This document shows positions 19,206 to 28,573 of a DNA stretch of 64,000 bases, one piece after another. Numbering within the stretch: position 1 is the stretch's first letter; every line of letters starts with the position of its first letter. The stretch lies in assembly GCA_963753705.1 (NCBI GenBank), contig CAVWDJ010000002.1, positions 437,195 to 501,194 of the forward strand, given 5' to 3'. Position numbers and translations under genes: made by a program. This DNA comes from an uncultured Actinomycetota bacterium. Lineage in GTDB: Bacteria; Actinomycetota; Actinomycetes; Propionibacteriales; Nocardioidaceae. A model generated the notes under the pieces. That model did no database searches. It was not told the DNA's origin and saw nothing but the letters and a program-made list of their open reading frames with translations.

Positions 19206-19373
19206 ATGGCGGCAATGAAGCCGCGGACGGGCGACGGTCCGCTCGAGGTCACCAAGGAAGGCCGCGGCATCGTGATGCGCGTCCCTCTCGAGGGCGGTGG
19301 CCGGCTCGTCGTCGAGCTCAACGCCGAGGAGGCGGGCGCACTGGGAGACGCCCTCAAGGACGTCGTGGGCTGA
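19206..19373 (+). CDS. DUF3117 small conserved actinobacterial protein (55 aa, below track cutoff)
   Basis: Hand translation: MAAMKPRTGDGPLEVTKEGRGIVMRVPLEGGGRLVVELNAEEAGALGDALKDVVG*. Confidence 0.93.
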   Translation: MAAMKPRTGDGPLEVTKEGRGIVMRVPLEGGGRLVVELNAEEAGALGDALKDVVG

Positions 19374-19374
19374 G

Positions 19375-20913
19375 GTGCCTGCGACCACCACGACTCTTCC
19401 ACCCCAGGTCTCGCCCCCGGCGTTCGCGCTGAGCGGGTTGCTTCCGCATGAGCTCTCGGGGGTGGAGGTCGTCGCCTACCCGTTCACGTCCGACGACGGC
19501 ACCGCGGTGCTCGGACCCGGCGCGGACGCCGCCGGCGCCGCGCTCGGGCTCGACCTCCTGGCGGTGCTCGAGTCGCGCCGAGCGCGCGGCACGGGCGGCG
19601 AGGTCGTGTCCGTCCCCGTGGGTGGACTCTCCGGCAACCCGTCGCTTCGCCTGGTGGTGCTCGTCGGGCTCGGTGACGAGACGCCGGGTGACTTCCGCCG
19701 CGCTGGTGCGGCACTCGCCCGCGAGACGGTCGACCACGACACCGTGGCGACCACGGTCGCGGCAGCAGGCGGCGCCGAGGCGCTGACCGCGTTCGTCGTC
19801 GGCGCGATGCTGGGCTCCTTCGGCTTCCACTGGCGCTCCGAGGGGCCCGAGCACCACCCTCCGCGCCGCTTCGTGCTCGCCTCGGTCGACGACGACGTCT
19901 CCGCCGACCTCGAGCGGGGCCTCGAGCTCGGCGGTGCCGGCTGGCGGGCGCGGATGCTGGCCACGGTCCCGTCCAACCTCAAGTCGCCCCAGTGGCTCGC
20001 CGAGCAGGCCGAGGCGCTGGCCGCCGAGAACGGCCTGACCTGCGAGATCTGGGACGAGAAGAAGCTGGCCGACCGGGGCTTCGGCGGGGTGCTGGCCGTC
20101 GGCCAGGCGTCCGCGACGCCACCGCGGCTGATCCGCCTCGACTACACCCCCGCGCGCGGCCGTCGCAAGGCGCCCCGGGTGGTGCTGGTGGGCAAGGGCA
20201 TCACGTTCGACACCGGCGGCCTGTCCATCAAGCCCGGCGAGGGCATGTCCACGATGAAGCGCGACATGACCGGCGGCGCCGTCGTGATGGCCGTGATGGC
20301 CGCACTGGGCCGGATGGGCTGCCCCTTCCGGGTGACCGGGCTCGTACCCGCCGCGGAGAACGCGATCGGCGGCAACGCCCTCCGCCCGGGAGACGTGCTC
20401 ACCCAGTACGGCGGCCGGACGACCGAGGTGCTCAACACCGACGCCGAGGGTCGACTCGTGCTCGCCGACGCGATGGCGTACGCCGTCGACACCCTCGACC
20501 CGACGGTCCTGGTCGACGTCGCCACGCTCACCGGTGCGATCAAGGTCGCGCTCGGCCAGCGGGTCGGCGCCTTCTTCGCCAACCACGAGACGCTCGCCGC
20601 CCGGCTCTACGACGCCGGCGAGGCGTCCGGTGAGCCGCTGTGGCGGATGCCGCTGGAGAGCGACTACGAGGACACCCTGTCCTCGACGATCGCCGACGCG
20701 AAGAACAACCCCGGCGGCCCCGGCGCCATCACGGCTGCGCTGTTCCTCCAGCACTTCGCCGGTGACGTGCCGTGGGCCCACCTCGACCTCGCGTCGGTCG
20801 GTGACTCACCGTCGGAGTCCTACGAGTGGACGACCGGCCCCTCGGGGTTCGGGGCGCGCGCGCTGCTCACCTGGCTCACCGCTCCCGACGCGCTGGCCGG
20901 CGTCGTCCGGTGA
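19375..20913 (+). CDS. M17 leucyl aminopeptidase
   Basis: LVGKGITFDTGG, MKRDMTGG, NTDAEGRLVLADA, DVATLTG, WAHLD. GTG 19375 chosen as start. Confidence 0.93.
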   Translation: MPATTTTLPPQVSPPAFALSGLLPHELSGVEVVAYPFTSDDGTAVLGPGADAAGAALGLDLLAVLESRRARGTGGEVVSVPVGGLSGNPSLRLVVLVGLGDETPGDFRRAGAALARETVDHDTVATTVAAAGGAEALTAFVVGAMLGSFGFHWRSEGPEHHPPRRFVLASVDDDVSADLERGLELGGAGWRARMLATVPSNLKSPQWLAEQAEALAAENGLTCEIWDEKKLADRGFGGVLAVGQASATPPRLIRLDYTPARGRRKAPRVVLVGKGITFDTGGLSIKPGEGMSTMKRDMTGGAVVMAVMAALGRMGCPFRVTGLVPAAENAIGGNALRPGDVLTQYGGRTTEVLNTDAEGRLVLADAMAYAVDTLDPTVLVDVATLTGAIKVALGQRVGAFFANHETLAARLYDAGEASGEPLWRMPLESDYEDTLSSTIADAKNNPGGPGAITAALFLQHFAGDVPWAHLDLASVGDSPSESYEWTTGPSGFGARALLTWLTAPDALAGVVR

Positions 20914-21257
20914 CCGGGCTGCGCGGCCTCACCGTGCGCTGGTCGCTCGCGGACGCGCCCGCCGGCGTCGACCAGGCACTCGCCGACTACGTCGCGGAGA
21001 CGTCGTACGACCGGTTCAGCGCCATGCCCGACCTGGCCTTCAAGACCTGGCGGACGGTGCCGGGCGAGTGGTTCGAGGGCTGTTACGTGTTCGCCGACGA
21101 GGCGGCGCGGGCGTCGTTCCAGGAGACCTTCACGGCCGGAGCGGCGGACGCTCCCGGGTCGCGGATCATCGGCAGCCCGCCGGTCCTGATCGAGGCCTGT
21201 GCCGTGGTCGCGATCGCCGAGGGCGGCGCGGGGTTCCGGCCGGCCCGTCGCGGCTGA
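20910..21257 (+). CDS. Small dimeric alpha/beta-barrel (YdhR-like) protein
   Basis: GTGA overlap with the aminopeptidase stop; PDLAFKTW...EWFEGCYVFADEAARASF pattern. Confidence 0.55.
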   Translation: MTGLRGLTVRWSLADAPAGVDQALADYVAETSYDRFSAMPDLAFKTWRTVPGEWFEGCYVFADEAARASFQETFTAGAADAPGSRIIGSPPVLIEACAVVAIAEGGAGFRPARRG

Positions 21258-21265
21258 GGGGCCTT

Positions 21266-21296
21266 GGCCTTGCGAGCAAGCTCGCTGCGGCCTCGC
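21266..21296. repeat. ~30-bp REP-like palindrome, copy A
   Basis: GGCCTTGCGAGCAAGCTCGCTGCGGCCTCGC; a near-identical inverted copy lies at 33866-33895. Both sit between convergent stops. Confidence 0.7.
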
Positions 21297-21345
21297 GGCG
21301 GTGTCCCGACCCTCCTCCGTCGGGTCGGGACGTCCTCGCTCGCAC

Positions 21346-22002
21346 TCAGGCCTCGTCGCCGGCCCACTCCTTCTTCGCCACGAGCAGGCCGTCGCCCACC
21401 GGGAGCAGCATCGGCACCAGGGACTCGTGCGCGGCGATCTCCTTGCCGAGGTCGCGGATGACCACGGTCTCCTCGTCGCGCTGCGCGGGATCAGCCACCC
21501 GGTCGTGCCAGAGCGCGTTGTCGAAGGCGACCACGCCACCGGGGCGCAGCAGGCGGAGGGCCTCCTTGAGATAGGCGGCGTACTCCGTCTTGTCGCCGTC
21601 GCAGAACACCAGGTCGTAGTGACCGTCGGTGAGGCGGGGCAGGACGTCGAGCGCCGCCCCGGCGATGGTCCGGGCGCGCTGGGGGGCGACCCCGCCCTCG
21701 GTGAAGGTCTCGCGGGCCAGTCGCTGGTGCTCGGCCTCGATGTCGACGGTGGTCAGGATCCCGTCGGGCCGCATGCCTCGCAGCAGCCACAGGCCGGAGA
21801 CGCCGGTGCCGGTGCCGACCTCCACGACCGCTCGGGCCTCGATCACGGACGCGAGGAACCGGAGCGCGGCGCCACCACCCGGGCCGATCGCCACCACGCC
21901 GACCTCGTCGGCACGGGCGCGGGCCGCCGCGAGCACGTCGTCCTCGGCCACGAAACCCTCGGCATAGGACCAGCTGGCGGACTTGGGTGGAGCAACGGAC
22001 AT
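21346..22002 (-). CDS. SAM-dependent O-methyltransferase (Rv1220c-like)
   Basis: [46 protein letters not shown]. Divergent from sigE as in mycobacteria. Confidence 0.92.
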   Translation of the reverse strand: MSVAPPKSASWSYAEGFVAEDDVLAAARARADEVGVVAIGPGGGAALRFLASVIEARAVVEVGTGTGVSGLWLLRGMRPDGILTTVDIEAEHQRLARETFTEGGVAPQRARTIAGAALDVLPRLTDGHYDLVFCDGDKTEYAAYLKEALRLLRPGGVVAFDNALWHDRVADPAQRDEETVVIRDLGKEIAAHESLVPMLLPVGDGLLVAKKEWAGDEA

Positions 22003-22131
22003 GGCGGTCGCGGCCTTCCGGGTCGGCGGGCGGCGTGGGGTGCGCCGCGGACACGGCGACCCTATCGCGCAGCGAGCCCCCCGGACCGCGTCGCGCGGCC
22101 GCCGTCGCCCCGCCAGGTCGGCGTTGCCGGC

Positions 22132-22159
22132 GGGAACATCGGGCACCCTCCCGTTCGTT
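22132..22159 (+). promoter_or_regulatory. Possible SigE/SigH-type promoter upstream of sigE
   Basis: GGGAAC-N18-CGTT. The spacer is about 1 nt longer than the usual GGAAC/T-N18-GTT, so the match is weak. Confidence 0.4.
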
Positions 22160-22300
22160 GGAGCCGGTGACGCCGTGGGGACGATCACACGGTGCCGAGG
22201 GCGTTCTATCAGGTTCCTCTCAGCCGTTCGGACGAGAGTTCGCAGCAAGGAGACAGCACTGTTCGGGTCACCGGCGCGCAGGCGCCAGCAGGAGGAGCTC

Positions 22301-22912
22301 GTGGACACCGGTTCGCAGCACCCGTACGACGACGCTCGTACGGACGACGCCGGCGTGCCCACCTGGGAGGAGATCGTCGACCGGCACTCCGACCGTGTCT
22401 ACCGCCTCGCCCTGCGCCTGACCGGCAACCGGCACGATGCCGAGGACCTCACCCAGGAGGTCTTCGTCCGCGTCTTCCGCAGCCTCTCGACCTACACGCC
22501 CGGCACGTTCGAGGGGTGGATCCACCGGATCACCACCAACCTCTTCCTCGACCAGGCGCGGCGCAAGCAGCGGATCCGCTTCGACGCGCTCTCCGACGAG
22601 CGCGCCGACCGGCTCCACAGCGCCCTGCCGACGCCCGACACGGCGTACGCCGACACGACCTTCGACGACGACATCGAGCGGGCCCTCTCGACCCTGCCCC
22701 CAGAGTTCCGTGCCGCCGTGGTGCTCTGCGACGTCGAGGGGCTGTCCTACGAGGAGATCGCCCAGATCCTCGACGCGAAGCTCGGTACCGTCCGCTCGCG
22801 CATCCACCGGGGTCGGGCGATGCTCCGCTCGGCCCTCGCACACCGCGCGCCCGTCGACGGCCGTACCCGCTTCGGTGGGCCTGCGCCCCTGCCTCAGGGG
22901 TCGACGTCGTGA
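22301..22912 (+). CDS. sigE: ECF sigma factor SigE
   Basis: [43 protein letters not shown]...GTFEGW...[14 protein letters not shown] after GGAGGAG; methyltransferase-sigE-rseA-htrA synteny. Confidence 0.92.
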   Translation: MDTGSQHPYDDARTDDAGVPTWEEIVDRHSDRVYRLALRLTGNRHDAEDLTQEVFVRVFRSLSTYTPGTFEGWIHRITTNLFLDQARRKQRIRFDALSDERADRLHSALPTPDTAYADTTFDDDIERALSTLPPEFRAAVVLCDVEGLSYEEIAQILDAKLGTVRSRIHRGRAMLRSALAHRAPVDGRTRFGGPAPLPQGSTS

Positions 22913-23472
22913 TCGGCCCGGTGATCGGACACCTCGGTCCGCGGGTCAGTGCGCTCCTGGACGGCCAGCTCTCGCCGGCCGACGAGGAGCGGGCCTGGGA
23001 CCACGTGCACTCCTGCCACCAGTGCCGCGACGCGGTCGAGCGTGAGGGCTGGGTCAAGACCCGGCTGGCCACGATGCAGTACGCCGGCTCTGCCGCCCCC
23101 TCCCACCTCAAGGGCTCGCTGCTCTTCCAGGGCCTGACCATCGGCTGGGCCGATCCGCACGAGGACTCCTTGGTCGGTGCGGGAGCCGCTGCGGCAGTCG
23201 GGCGGTCCCGGCGCCACCTCGGCCTGACCGGCATCGGCGGAGGCGCGGTCGGCGCTGCCGTGATGGGTGTCCTGGCCCTCGGCGCCTCCCCGGCCAACGC
23301 CCCGGGCGCCATCGTCCGCCCGTCCAGCGAGCCGTTCGGCACCTCCCTGACCAACGCGATCACCTCGATCGTCGACCGCGACCAGACCCCGACGGCCCGC
23401 CGGGGGCCCACCGCCGAGCGCGACGAGGCCCCGCCTCTGGTGCGTGCCCTGCGTCGTACACTCGCGCCGTAG
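22909..23472 (+). CDS. rseA: Zinc anti-sigma factor (RseA-like)
   Basis: [14 protein letters not shown]...HVHSCHQC (HxxxCxxC) and one TM. GTGA overlap with sigE. Confidence 0.85.
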   Translation: MIGPVIGHLGPRVSALLDGQLSPADEERAWDHVHSCHQCRDAVEREGWVKTRLATMQYAGSAAPSHLKGSLLFQGLTIGWADPHEDSLVGAGAAAAVGRSRRHLGLTGIGGGAVGAAVMGVLALGASPANAPGAIVRPSSEPFGTSLTNAITSIVDRDQTPTARRGPTAERDEAPPLVRALRRTLAP

Positions 23473-23514
23473 GGCCGCGACGGCATTCGGCGCCGTCGGA
23501 TCCGGCCATCCCCC

Positions 23515-24864
23515 GTGGAGAGTCAGGACCGCGTGAGCGACGATCATCCGAGCCGCAGCGACGACACCGCGCCGCTGAGCGACTCCGATGGCGCGAGCTG
23601 GCTCCCTCCGCGTGAGCAGCAGCCGCCGCACCACTGGACACCCCCCGGCCCGGCCCCGTTCGGCGAAAGCCTCGACACGGTGTCGACCGGCCGGCCCTAC
23701 CAGCCGCCCGTCCCCACCCAGCCGTACGGCGTGGCGCCCGTGCCCGCGTCGAGCGGGCGCAGCGGCGTGCCGGGCTGGATGTGGCCGGTGGTGTCGGTCC
23801 TCGCCCTGCTCGTCGGGGTGGTCGGCGGCATCGTGGGCGGCGCGGCGTACGAGAACTGGCACAGCAGCTCGCGGGAGGGGCAGCTCGGCGGCGGTCTCGC
23901 CGATGCCGGGACCGTCTCGCAGGCGCCCCTGCCGGTCGGCAACCACTCGGTCGCCTCGGTGGCCCAACGACTGCTGCCGAGCACGATCCAGGTGCTCGCC
24001 CAGTACCAGGGCAAGAAGGACGGTGCGACCGGCTCCGGCTTCGTCCTCGACCGCTCGGGCCACTACATCACCAACAACCACGTGGTCGCCGACGCCGTCA
24101 GCCACCACGGACCGATCGAGATCGTCGACCAGAACGGCGACACGTTCCCGGCCATCGTCGTGGGCCGGAGCCCGACCTACGACCTCGCGGTGCTCTACGT
24201 GAAGAACGGACCGAGGCTGCCGCCGGCGAGCCTCGGCACCGCGGGCGTGCTCCGGGTCGGCGACCAGGTCGTCGCCTTCGGCTCCCCTCTCGGGCTCAGC
24301 TCGACCGTGACCTCCGGCATCGTCAGCGCCCTGAACCGCCCGGTCACCACGAGCGACACCGGGTCGACGTCGTCCTACATCAACGCGGTGCAGACCGACG
24401 CGGCGATCAACCCCGGGAACTCCGGTGGACCGTTGGTCGACCTCTCCGGGCGCGTGGTCGGGGTCAACTCCGCGATCGCGACGACCGGCAGCAGCGCGAC
24501 CGGCCAGTCCGGCAGCATCGGCGTCGGCTTCGCGATCCCGATCGACCAGGTCAAGATCACCGCCGACCAGATCCTGAGGACGGGCCGGGCGCACTACCCC
24601 GTCATCGGCGCCAGCGTCGACACACGTGCGGGCACCGAGAGCGGCGCGACGATCCTCGGCGTGACCTCCGGCAGCCCTGCGGCCTCGGCCGGGCTGAGGA
24701 AGGGCGATGTGGTCACCGAGGTCGAGAGCGAGAAGGTGGCCGACGGGATCGCCCTGATCGTGGCGATCCGGGCCCATCAGCCGGGCGAGACCGTCCGCTT
24801 CACGGTGCAGCGTGGCAGCGACGTGCTGCAGCTGCGGATCACCCTCGGCTCGCAGGTCGGCTGA
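23515..24864 (+). CDS. htrA: HtrA-family serine protease with PDZ domain
   Basis: TM anchor, TNNHV, DLAV, QTDAAINPGNSGGPL, C-terminal PDZ. Start uncertain. Confidence 0.92.
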   Translation: MESQDRVSDDHPSRSDDTAPLSDSDGASWLPPREQQPPHHWTPPGPAPFGESLDTVSTGRPYQPPVPTQPYGVAPVPASSGRSGVPGWMWPVVSVLALLVGVVGGIVGGAAYENWHSSSREGQLGGGLADAGTVSQAPLPVGNHSVASVAQRLLPSTIQVLAQYQGKKDGATGSGFVLDRSGHYITNNHVVADAVSHHGPIEIVDQNGDTFPAIVVGRSPTYDLAVLYVKNGPRLPPASLGTAGVLRVGDQVVAFGSPLGLSSTVTSGIVSALNRPVTTSDTGSTSSYINAVQTDAAINPGNSGGPLVDLSGRVVGVNSAIATTGSSATGQSGSIGVGFAIPIDQVKITADQILRTGRAHYPVIGASVDTRAGTESGATILGVTSGSPAASAGLRKGDVVTEVESEKVADGIALIVAIRAHQPGETVRFTVQRGSDVLQLRITLGSQVG

Positions 24865-24903
24865 ACCGCCGGACGCAGTTGAACGCCCTTCTACAGTGGC
24901 GAG

Positions 24904-25752
24904 ATGGCGAGGAGCAGGACCTCACGTCGTGAGGCGGAGTCCGCACGACGTCAACGAGCGGCGGAGATCCAGAGGGCCCACCAGCGTCGCGAGCGTCGGC
25001 GCCTGGTGGCCGGTGCGGTGGCGGTGGCCCTCGTCGTCGTCGGCATCGGCGTCGGGGTGTTCTCCAACCTCCACCACGCGGCCGCGTCGACGACCACGCA
25101 CCAGATCGCCCCGGCGGCCGTGTCGGGGAGCACCACGGTGCAGCAGACACCGCAGCGGGTGAAGAACCCGACGAGCATCACGGGTGTGCTGGCCTGGAAC
25201 ACCGCCGGCTACCCCGGTCCGGGTACTCCGGGCCCCGGCACCCTGTCGCACGACCACGTCGCCGGCCCCGTGACCTATGCCGTGACCCCACCGGTGGGCG
25301 GTCCCCACAACGCGACCTGGATGAACGCCGGGGTCTACACCACGCCGATCCCCAGCGAGCGTGCCGTGCACAACCTCGAGCACGGGGCCGTGTGGATCAC
25401 CTATCGGCCCGACCTGCCCGCCTCACAGGTGGCGCAGCTCGTCTCGTTCTTCCGCCACCAGTCGATGATCCCCGAGCCGTCGGACGGCGGGCGCTCCAAC
25501 CGCTTCGTCGACCTGTCGCCGTGGGCGAGCAACGACCTGCCGAGCCCGATCGTGATCAGCTCATGGGGCTACCAGCTGCGCGTGACGAGCCCGACCGACC
25601 CGCGGCTGCAGCAGTTCGTCGACACCTTCCGCCACAGCCGGACCTACAGCCCGGAGTACGGGTCGCCCGCGGACGGCATCCCCGTGCAGACGGGTGGACA
25701 GCCGGCCGTCAACGGATCGTCGGAGGCGAACCCCGCGGGGTCGGTGGGCTGA
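24904..25752 (+). CDS. DUF3105-domain membrane-anchored protein
   Basis: Basic N-terminus plus TM; PPVGGPHNATW, VHNLEHGAVWITY, ISSWGYQL. Confidence 0.85.
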   Translation: MARSRTSRREAESARRQRAAEIQRAHQRRERRRLVAGAVAVALVVVGIGVGVFSNLHHAAASTTTHQIAPAAVSGSTTVQQTPQRVKNPTSITGVLAWNTAGYPGPGTPGPGTLSHDHVAGPVTYAVTPPVGGPHNATWMNAGVYTTPIPSERAVHNLEHGAVWITYRPDLPASQVAQLVSFFRHQSMIPEPSDGGRSNRFVDLSPWASNDLPSPIVISSWGYQLRVTSPTDPRLQQFVDTFRHSRTYSPEYGSPADGIPVQTGGQPAVNGSSEANPAGSVG

Positions 25753-25760
25753 CCGGGCCG

Positions 25761-25806
25761 CCCGGCTCGCGCGCCCGGCTCGCGCGCCCGGCTCGCGCGC
25801 CCGCTC
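25761..25806. repeat. Tandem 13-mer (CCCGGCTCGCGCG) x3.5
   Basis: Exact units at 25761, 25774 and 25787, partial unit at 25800; between convergent stops. Confidence 0.9.
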
Positions 25807-26047
25807 AGTCGTCGTGCCGGGCCTCGGCCTCGTTGAACGGGTGGGTGTCGACGTAGGCCTTGGTGTCGTCGTACATCCGGGCGATGTAGGCCTCGAGCTC
25901 GGTCGCCTCGACCCGCCACTGGCCGCGGCCGCCGATCCGGATGGCCGGGAGGTCGCCACGACGGACCAGTGCGTAGACCTGCGCGCTGGAGGTGCTGAGC
26001 ACCTCGGCGACGTCGGCCAGCGTGAGGAAGCGCGGCGTGGGAGCCAT
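25805..26047 (-). CDS. Small HTH_17 (MerR/excisionase-like) DNA-binding protein
   Basis: RFLTLADVAEVLSTSSAQVYALVRRGDLPAIRIGGRGQWRV; ATG at 26047. Confidence 0.9.
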   Translation of the reverse strand: MAPTPRFLTLADVAEVLSTSSAQVYALVRRGDLPAIRIGGRGQWRVEATELEAYIARMYDDTKAYVDTHPFNEAEARHDD

Positions 26048-26165
26048 GGGGCCATCGTTGCACGTGTGATCCGCTGCTCGGCCGGGAGCCGGTCGGGGCT
26101 GTGGAGGAGCCTGCCGCGCGGGCCGGTTGTGGGGTGATGATGGGCCGGTGAGCAGGAATCTCGGG

Positions 26166-26816
26166 ATGACTGACACGCCCACGGCACGGCGCGCCACGGC
26201 GCCGGGGTGGCGCGACCCACGGCTCTGGTTCGGCACCGCGCTGGTCGCGGCGTCGGTCGTGGTCGGCGCGCTCGTCCTCGGCACGTCCGACGACACCGTC
26301 GCCGTCTGGGCCGCCACCGACACCATGGGGCCCGGCCACACGCTGACTGCCGACGACCTCACCGTGCGCCGCGTGGGCTTCGCCGACGCGGCCGACGCCG
26401 AGCTCTACGTCGGGGCCGACGAGCAGCTGCCGCCCGGTCTCCACCTGCTGCACGGCGTGGCCGCGGGAGAGCTGCTGCCACGCGCCGCGGTCGGCGCCGA
26501 CGACACGAGCGCCCTGCGACAGGTCCCGGTCTCCGTGGCCTCCGACCAGGTGCCCGGGTCCGTCGGCGAGGGCGACGTCGTCGACGTCTACCTCCGGCCG
26601 GCGACCCGCAGCGGCTGCAGCGGTACGCCGGTCTGCAGCGGGCGCCCGGTCCTGGCCGGCGTGACCGTGCTCGACGCGCCGCCGCCCGACCAGGCATTCG
26701 GTGCCGAGGGCGGCCGGATGCTCGTGCTGGGGGTGCGCGACCCCGACGTCCACCGGTTCTTCCGGCTGCTCGCCACGACCGACGACCCGTCGCTGACCGT
26801 GGTCGGTCGGGGCTGA
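26166..26816 (+). CDS. SAF-domain protein (CpaB/RcpC/FlgA-like)
   Basis: GWRDPRLWFG plus TM; VWAA...GHTLTADDL...AAGELLP; VGEGDVVDVY. Confidence 0.8.
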   Translation: MTDTPTARRATAPGWRDPRLWFGTALVAASVVVGALVLGTSDDTVAVWAATDTMGPGHTLTADDLTVRRVGFADAADAELYVGADEQLPPGLHLLHGVAAGELLPRAAVGADDTSALRQVPVSVASDQVPGSVGEGDVVDVYLRPATRSGCSGTPVCSGRPVLAGVTVLDAPPPDQAFGAEGGRMLVLGVRDPDVHRFFRLLATTDDPSLTVVGRG

Positions 26817-26819
26817 CCC

Positions 26820-28043
26820 GTGGTCGTCGTCCTGGTCGTCGCGGCCGGTGCCGGCTGGGAGTCGCCCGTGCTGGAGCTGGTCGCCGGCCGCCCGGGGCTC
26901 GTGGTCCTCAAGCGCTGCGTCGACGTCGACGACCTGCTCGCCGCCGGGAGCTCCGGTCAGGCCGACGCCGCGTTGGTGGCGCTCGACGCACCCGGCCTCG
27001 ACCAGAGCGCCGTCGACCTGCTCCACCGTCACCAGGTGCGTGTCGTCGCCGTCGCCGGCGGCGGTAGCCCCGACGCCACCCGTGCCCGGGCTGCCCGGGT
27101 GGGTGTCGACGCCCTCGGTGACGTCCACGACCTGCCGGGTCTGCTCGACCTGCTCGAGTCCGACGCCGATCCCGTCGTCCCGGGTGACGAACCGCCCGAC
27201 GACGAGCTGCCGCCCTCGGCGACGTCCGGCCGCGTGGTCGTCGTCTGGGGCCCGGCCGGAGCTCCGGGGCGGACCCTGCTCGCCACCGGGATCGCCGCCG
27301 CCCTGGCGGGCCGGGGGTTGCGCACCACGCTGGTCGACGCCGATCCCCACGCCGCGTCGGTCGCCCAGCAGCTCGGCGTGCTCGACGAGGTCTCGGGCCT
27401 GCTCAGTGCGGCGCGGCTGACCGGTGAGGGCCTCCTGGAGGCGCGCTTCGACGCTGTGCAACGAGCGCTGGGTGACCGCCTCACCGTCGTCACCGGACTG
27501 CCCCGGCCCGACCGGTGGGTCGAGGTGCGCGCGGGCGTCGTGGAGCACCTCCTCGAGGTCGCCCGGACCCGCGGTCAGGTCGTGGTCGACACCGGGTTCA
27601 GCCTGGAGGACGACCCCACCGGAGACCTGGTCACCAGGCCGGGCCGCAACCAGCTGACCCTCGGCGCACTGGCGGTCGCCGACGAGATCGTCGTGGTGGG
27701 GTCCGCGGACCCGGTCGGGCTGACCCGCCTCGCCCGGGGTCTGGTCGACCTCCGCGAGCGCCGCGACGGGGCGCCGGTCCGGGTGGTGGTGAACCGGATG
27801 CGGCCGTCGCTCGGCTGGTCCGAGCGCGACATCGCCGGCATGGTCGAGGGCTTCGCCCGCCTGGTGGGCGTCCACTTCCTGCCCGACGACCGGGCGGCCG
27901 CCGACCGCGCGCTGGTGGGCGGCACGGCGGTCACGGAGTCCGGAGACTCCGACCTCGGGCGAGCCGTCGCCGCGGTGGCCGACGCGCTGGTGCCCTCGCC
28001 GTCACCCCACCGCGAGCAGCGATCCAGACTCTTCCGCCGTTGA
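26820..28043 (+). CDS. CpaE/Ssd-like protein: degenerate receiver domain plus ParA/MinD-type ATPase
   Basis: VVVVWGPAGAPGRT (deviant Walker A), LVDADP, VVVDTG, VVVNR. Confidence 0.8.
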   Translation: MVVVLVVAAGAGWESPVLELVAGRPGLVVLKRCVDVDDLLAAGSSGQADAALVALDAPGLDQSAVDLLHRHQVRVVAVAGGGSPDATRARAARVGVDALGDVHDLPGLLDLLESDADPVVPGDEPPDDELPPSATSGRVVVVWGPAGAPGRTLLATGIAAALAGRGLRTTLVDADPHAASVAQQLGVLDEVSGLLSAARLTGEGLLEARFDAVQRALGDRLTVVTGLPRPDRWVEVRAGVVEHLLEVARTRGQVVVDTGFSLEDDPTGDLVTRPGRNQLTLGALAVADEIVVVGSADPVGLTRLARGLVDLRERRDGAPVRVVVNRMRPSLGWSERDIAGMVEGFARLVGVHFLPDDRAAADRALVGGTAVTESGDSDLGRAVAAVADALVPSPSPHREQRSRLFRR

Positions 28044-28093
28044 CCATCGCCGGACGACGGGAACCCGCAGGCCGGTGCGGACGTCGTACGCGC

Positions 28094-28573
28094 ATGGTTC
28101 TTGCTGGTCGGCGGGTGCAAGCGGTGCTGGCCGGTGTCGCGTGCCTGGCCGTCGCCGGGTGCGGGAGCGGCGCGACCTCCGCGTCACCGCATCCGTCGGC
28201 GACGAGCCGGTTCCAACGGATGGCCGTCGCGGTCGACCGGCTGGGGTCGTCGTACACCTACGACCTGACCTCGACCTGCGGCGAGCGCAGCCTCTTCGGA
28301 CGCTTCCGGGTCACGGTGGCAGACCATCGGGTCGTGGCGGCGACGCCGCTGGGAGCGACCAGGCAACCCGGTCTGCCGCCCAGGGCCTTCCCCACGCTCG
28401 CCGATCTCGTCGAGAAGGTGCGCCACGCCCGACCCGGCGGGCTGGTCCTGACGACCGGTCCCACCGGGCTGCCGGTGGTCGTCAGCCTCGACCCGATCGC
28501 GCGGGCGATCGATGACGAGGAATGCTACGGGGTCGCCCGGGTACGCACCGATCAGGACGAGAACAGCAGGTAG
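28094..28573 (+). CDS. Putative lipoprotein (DUF6174-like)
   Basis: Lipobox-like VAGC; YTYDLTSTC...TLADL...GLPVVVSLDP...DDEECY. 3' end overlaps the convergent gene by 22 nt. Confidence 0.6.
   Translation: MVLAGRRVQAVLAGVACLAVAGCGSGATSASPHPSATSRFQRMAVAVDRLGSSYTYDLTSTCGERSLFGRFRVTVADHRVVAATPLGATRQPGLPPRAFPTLADLVEKVRHARPGGLVLTTGPTGLPVVVSLDPIARAIDDEECYGVARVRTDQDENSR

Noticed and set aside
21983-22300. Long N-terminal extensions in track ORFs (sigE, O-methyltransferase, ileS, WS/DGAT, YciI and others)
   Set aside because: They overlap divergent genes, promoters or RNA elements; internal starts have RBS or ATGA/GTGA coupling.
25805-26047. HTH_17 gene as a prophage or ICE excisionase
   Set aside because: No integrase, att-like tRNA or phage genes nearby; it fits the chromosomal HTH-SAF-ATPase arrangement.
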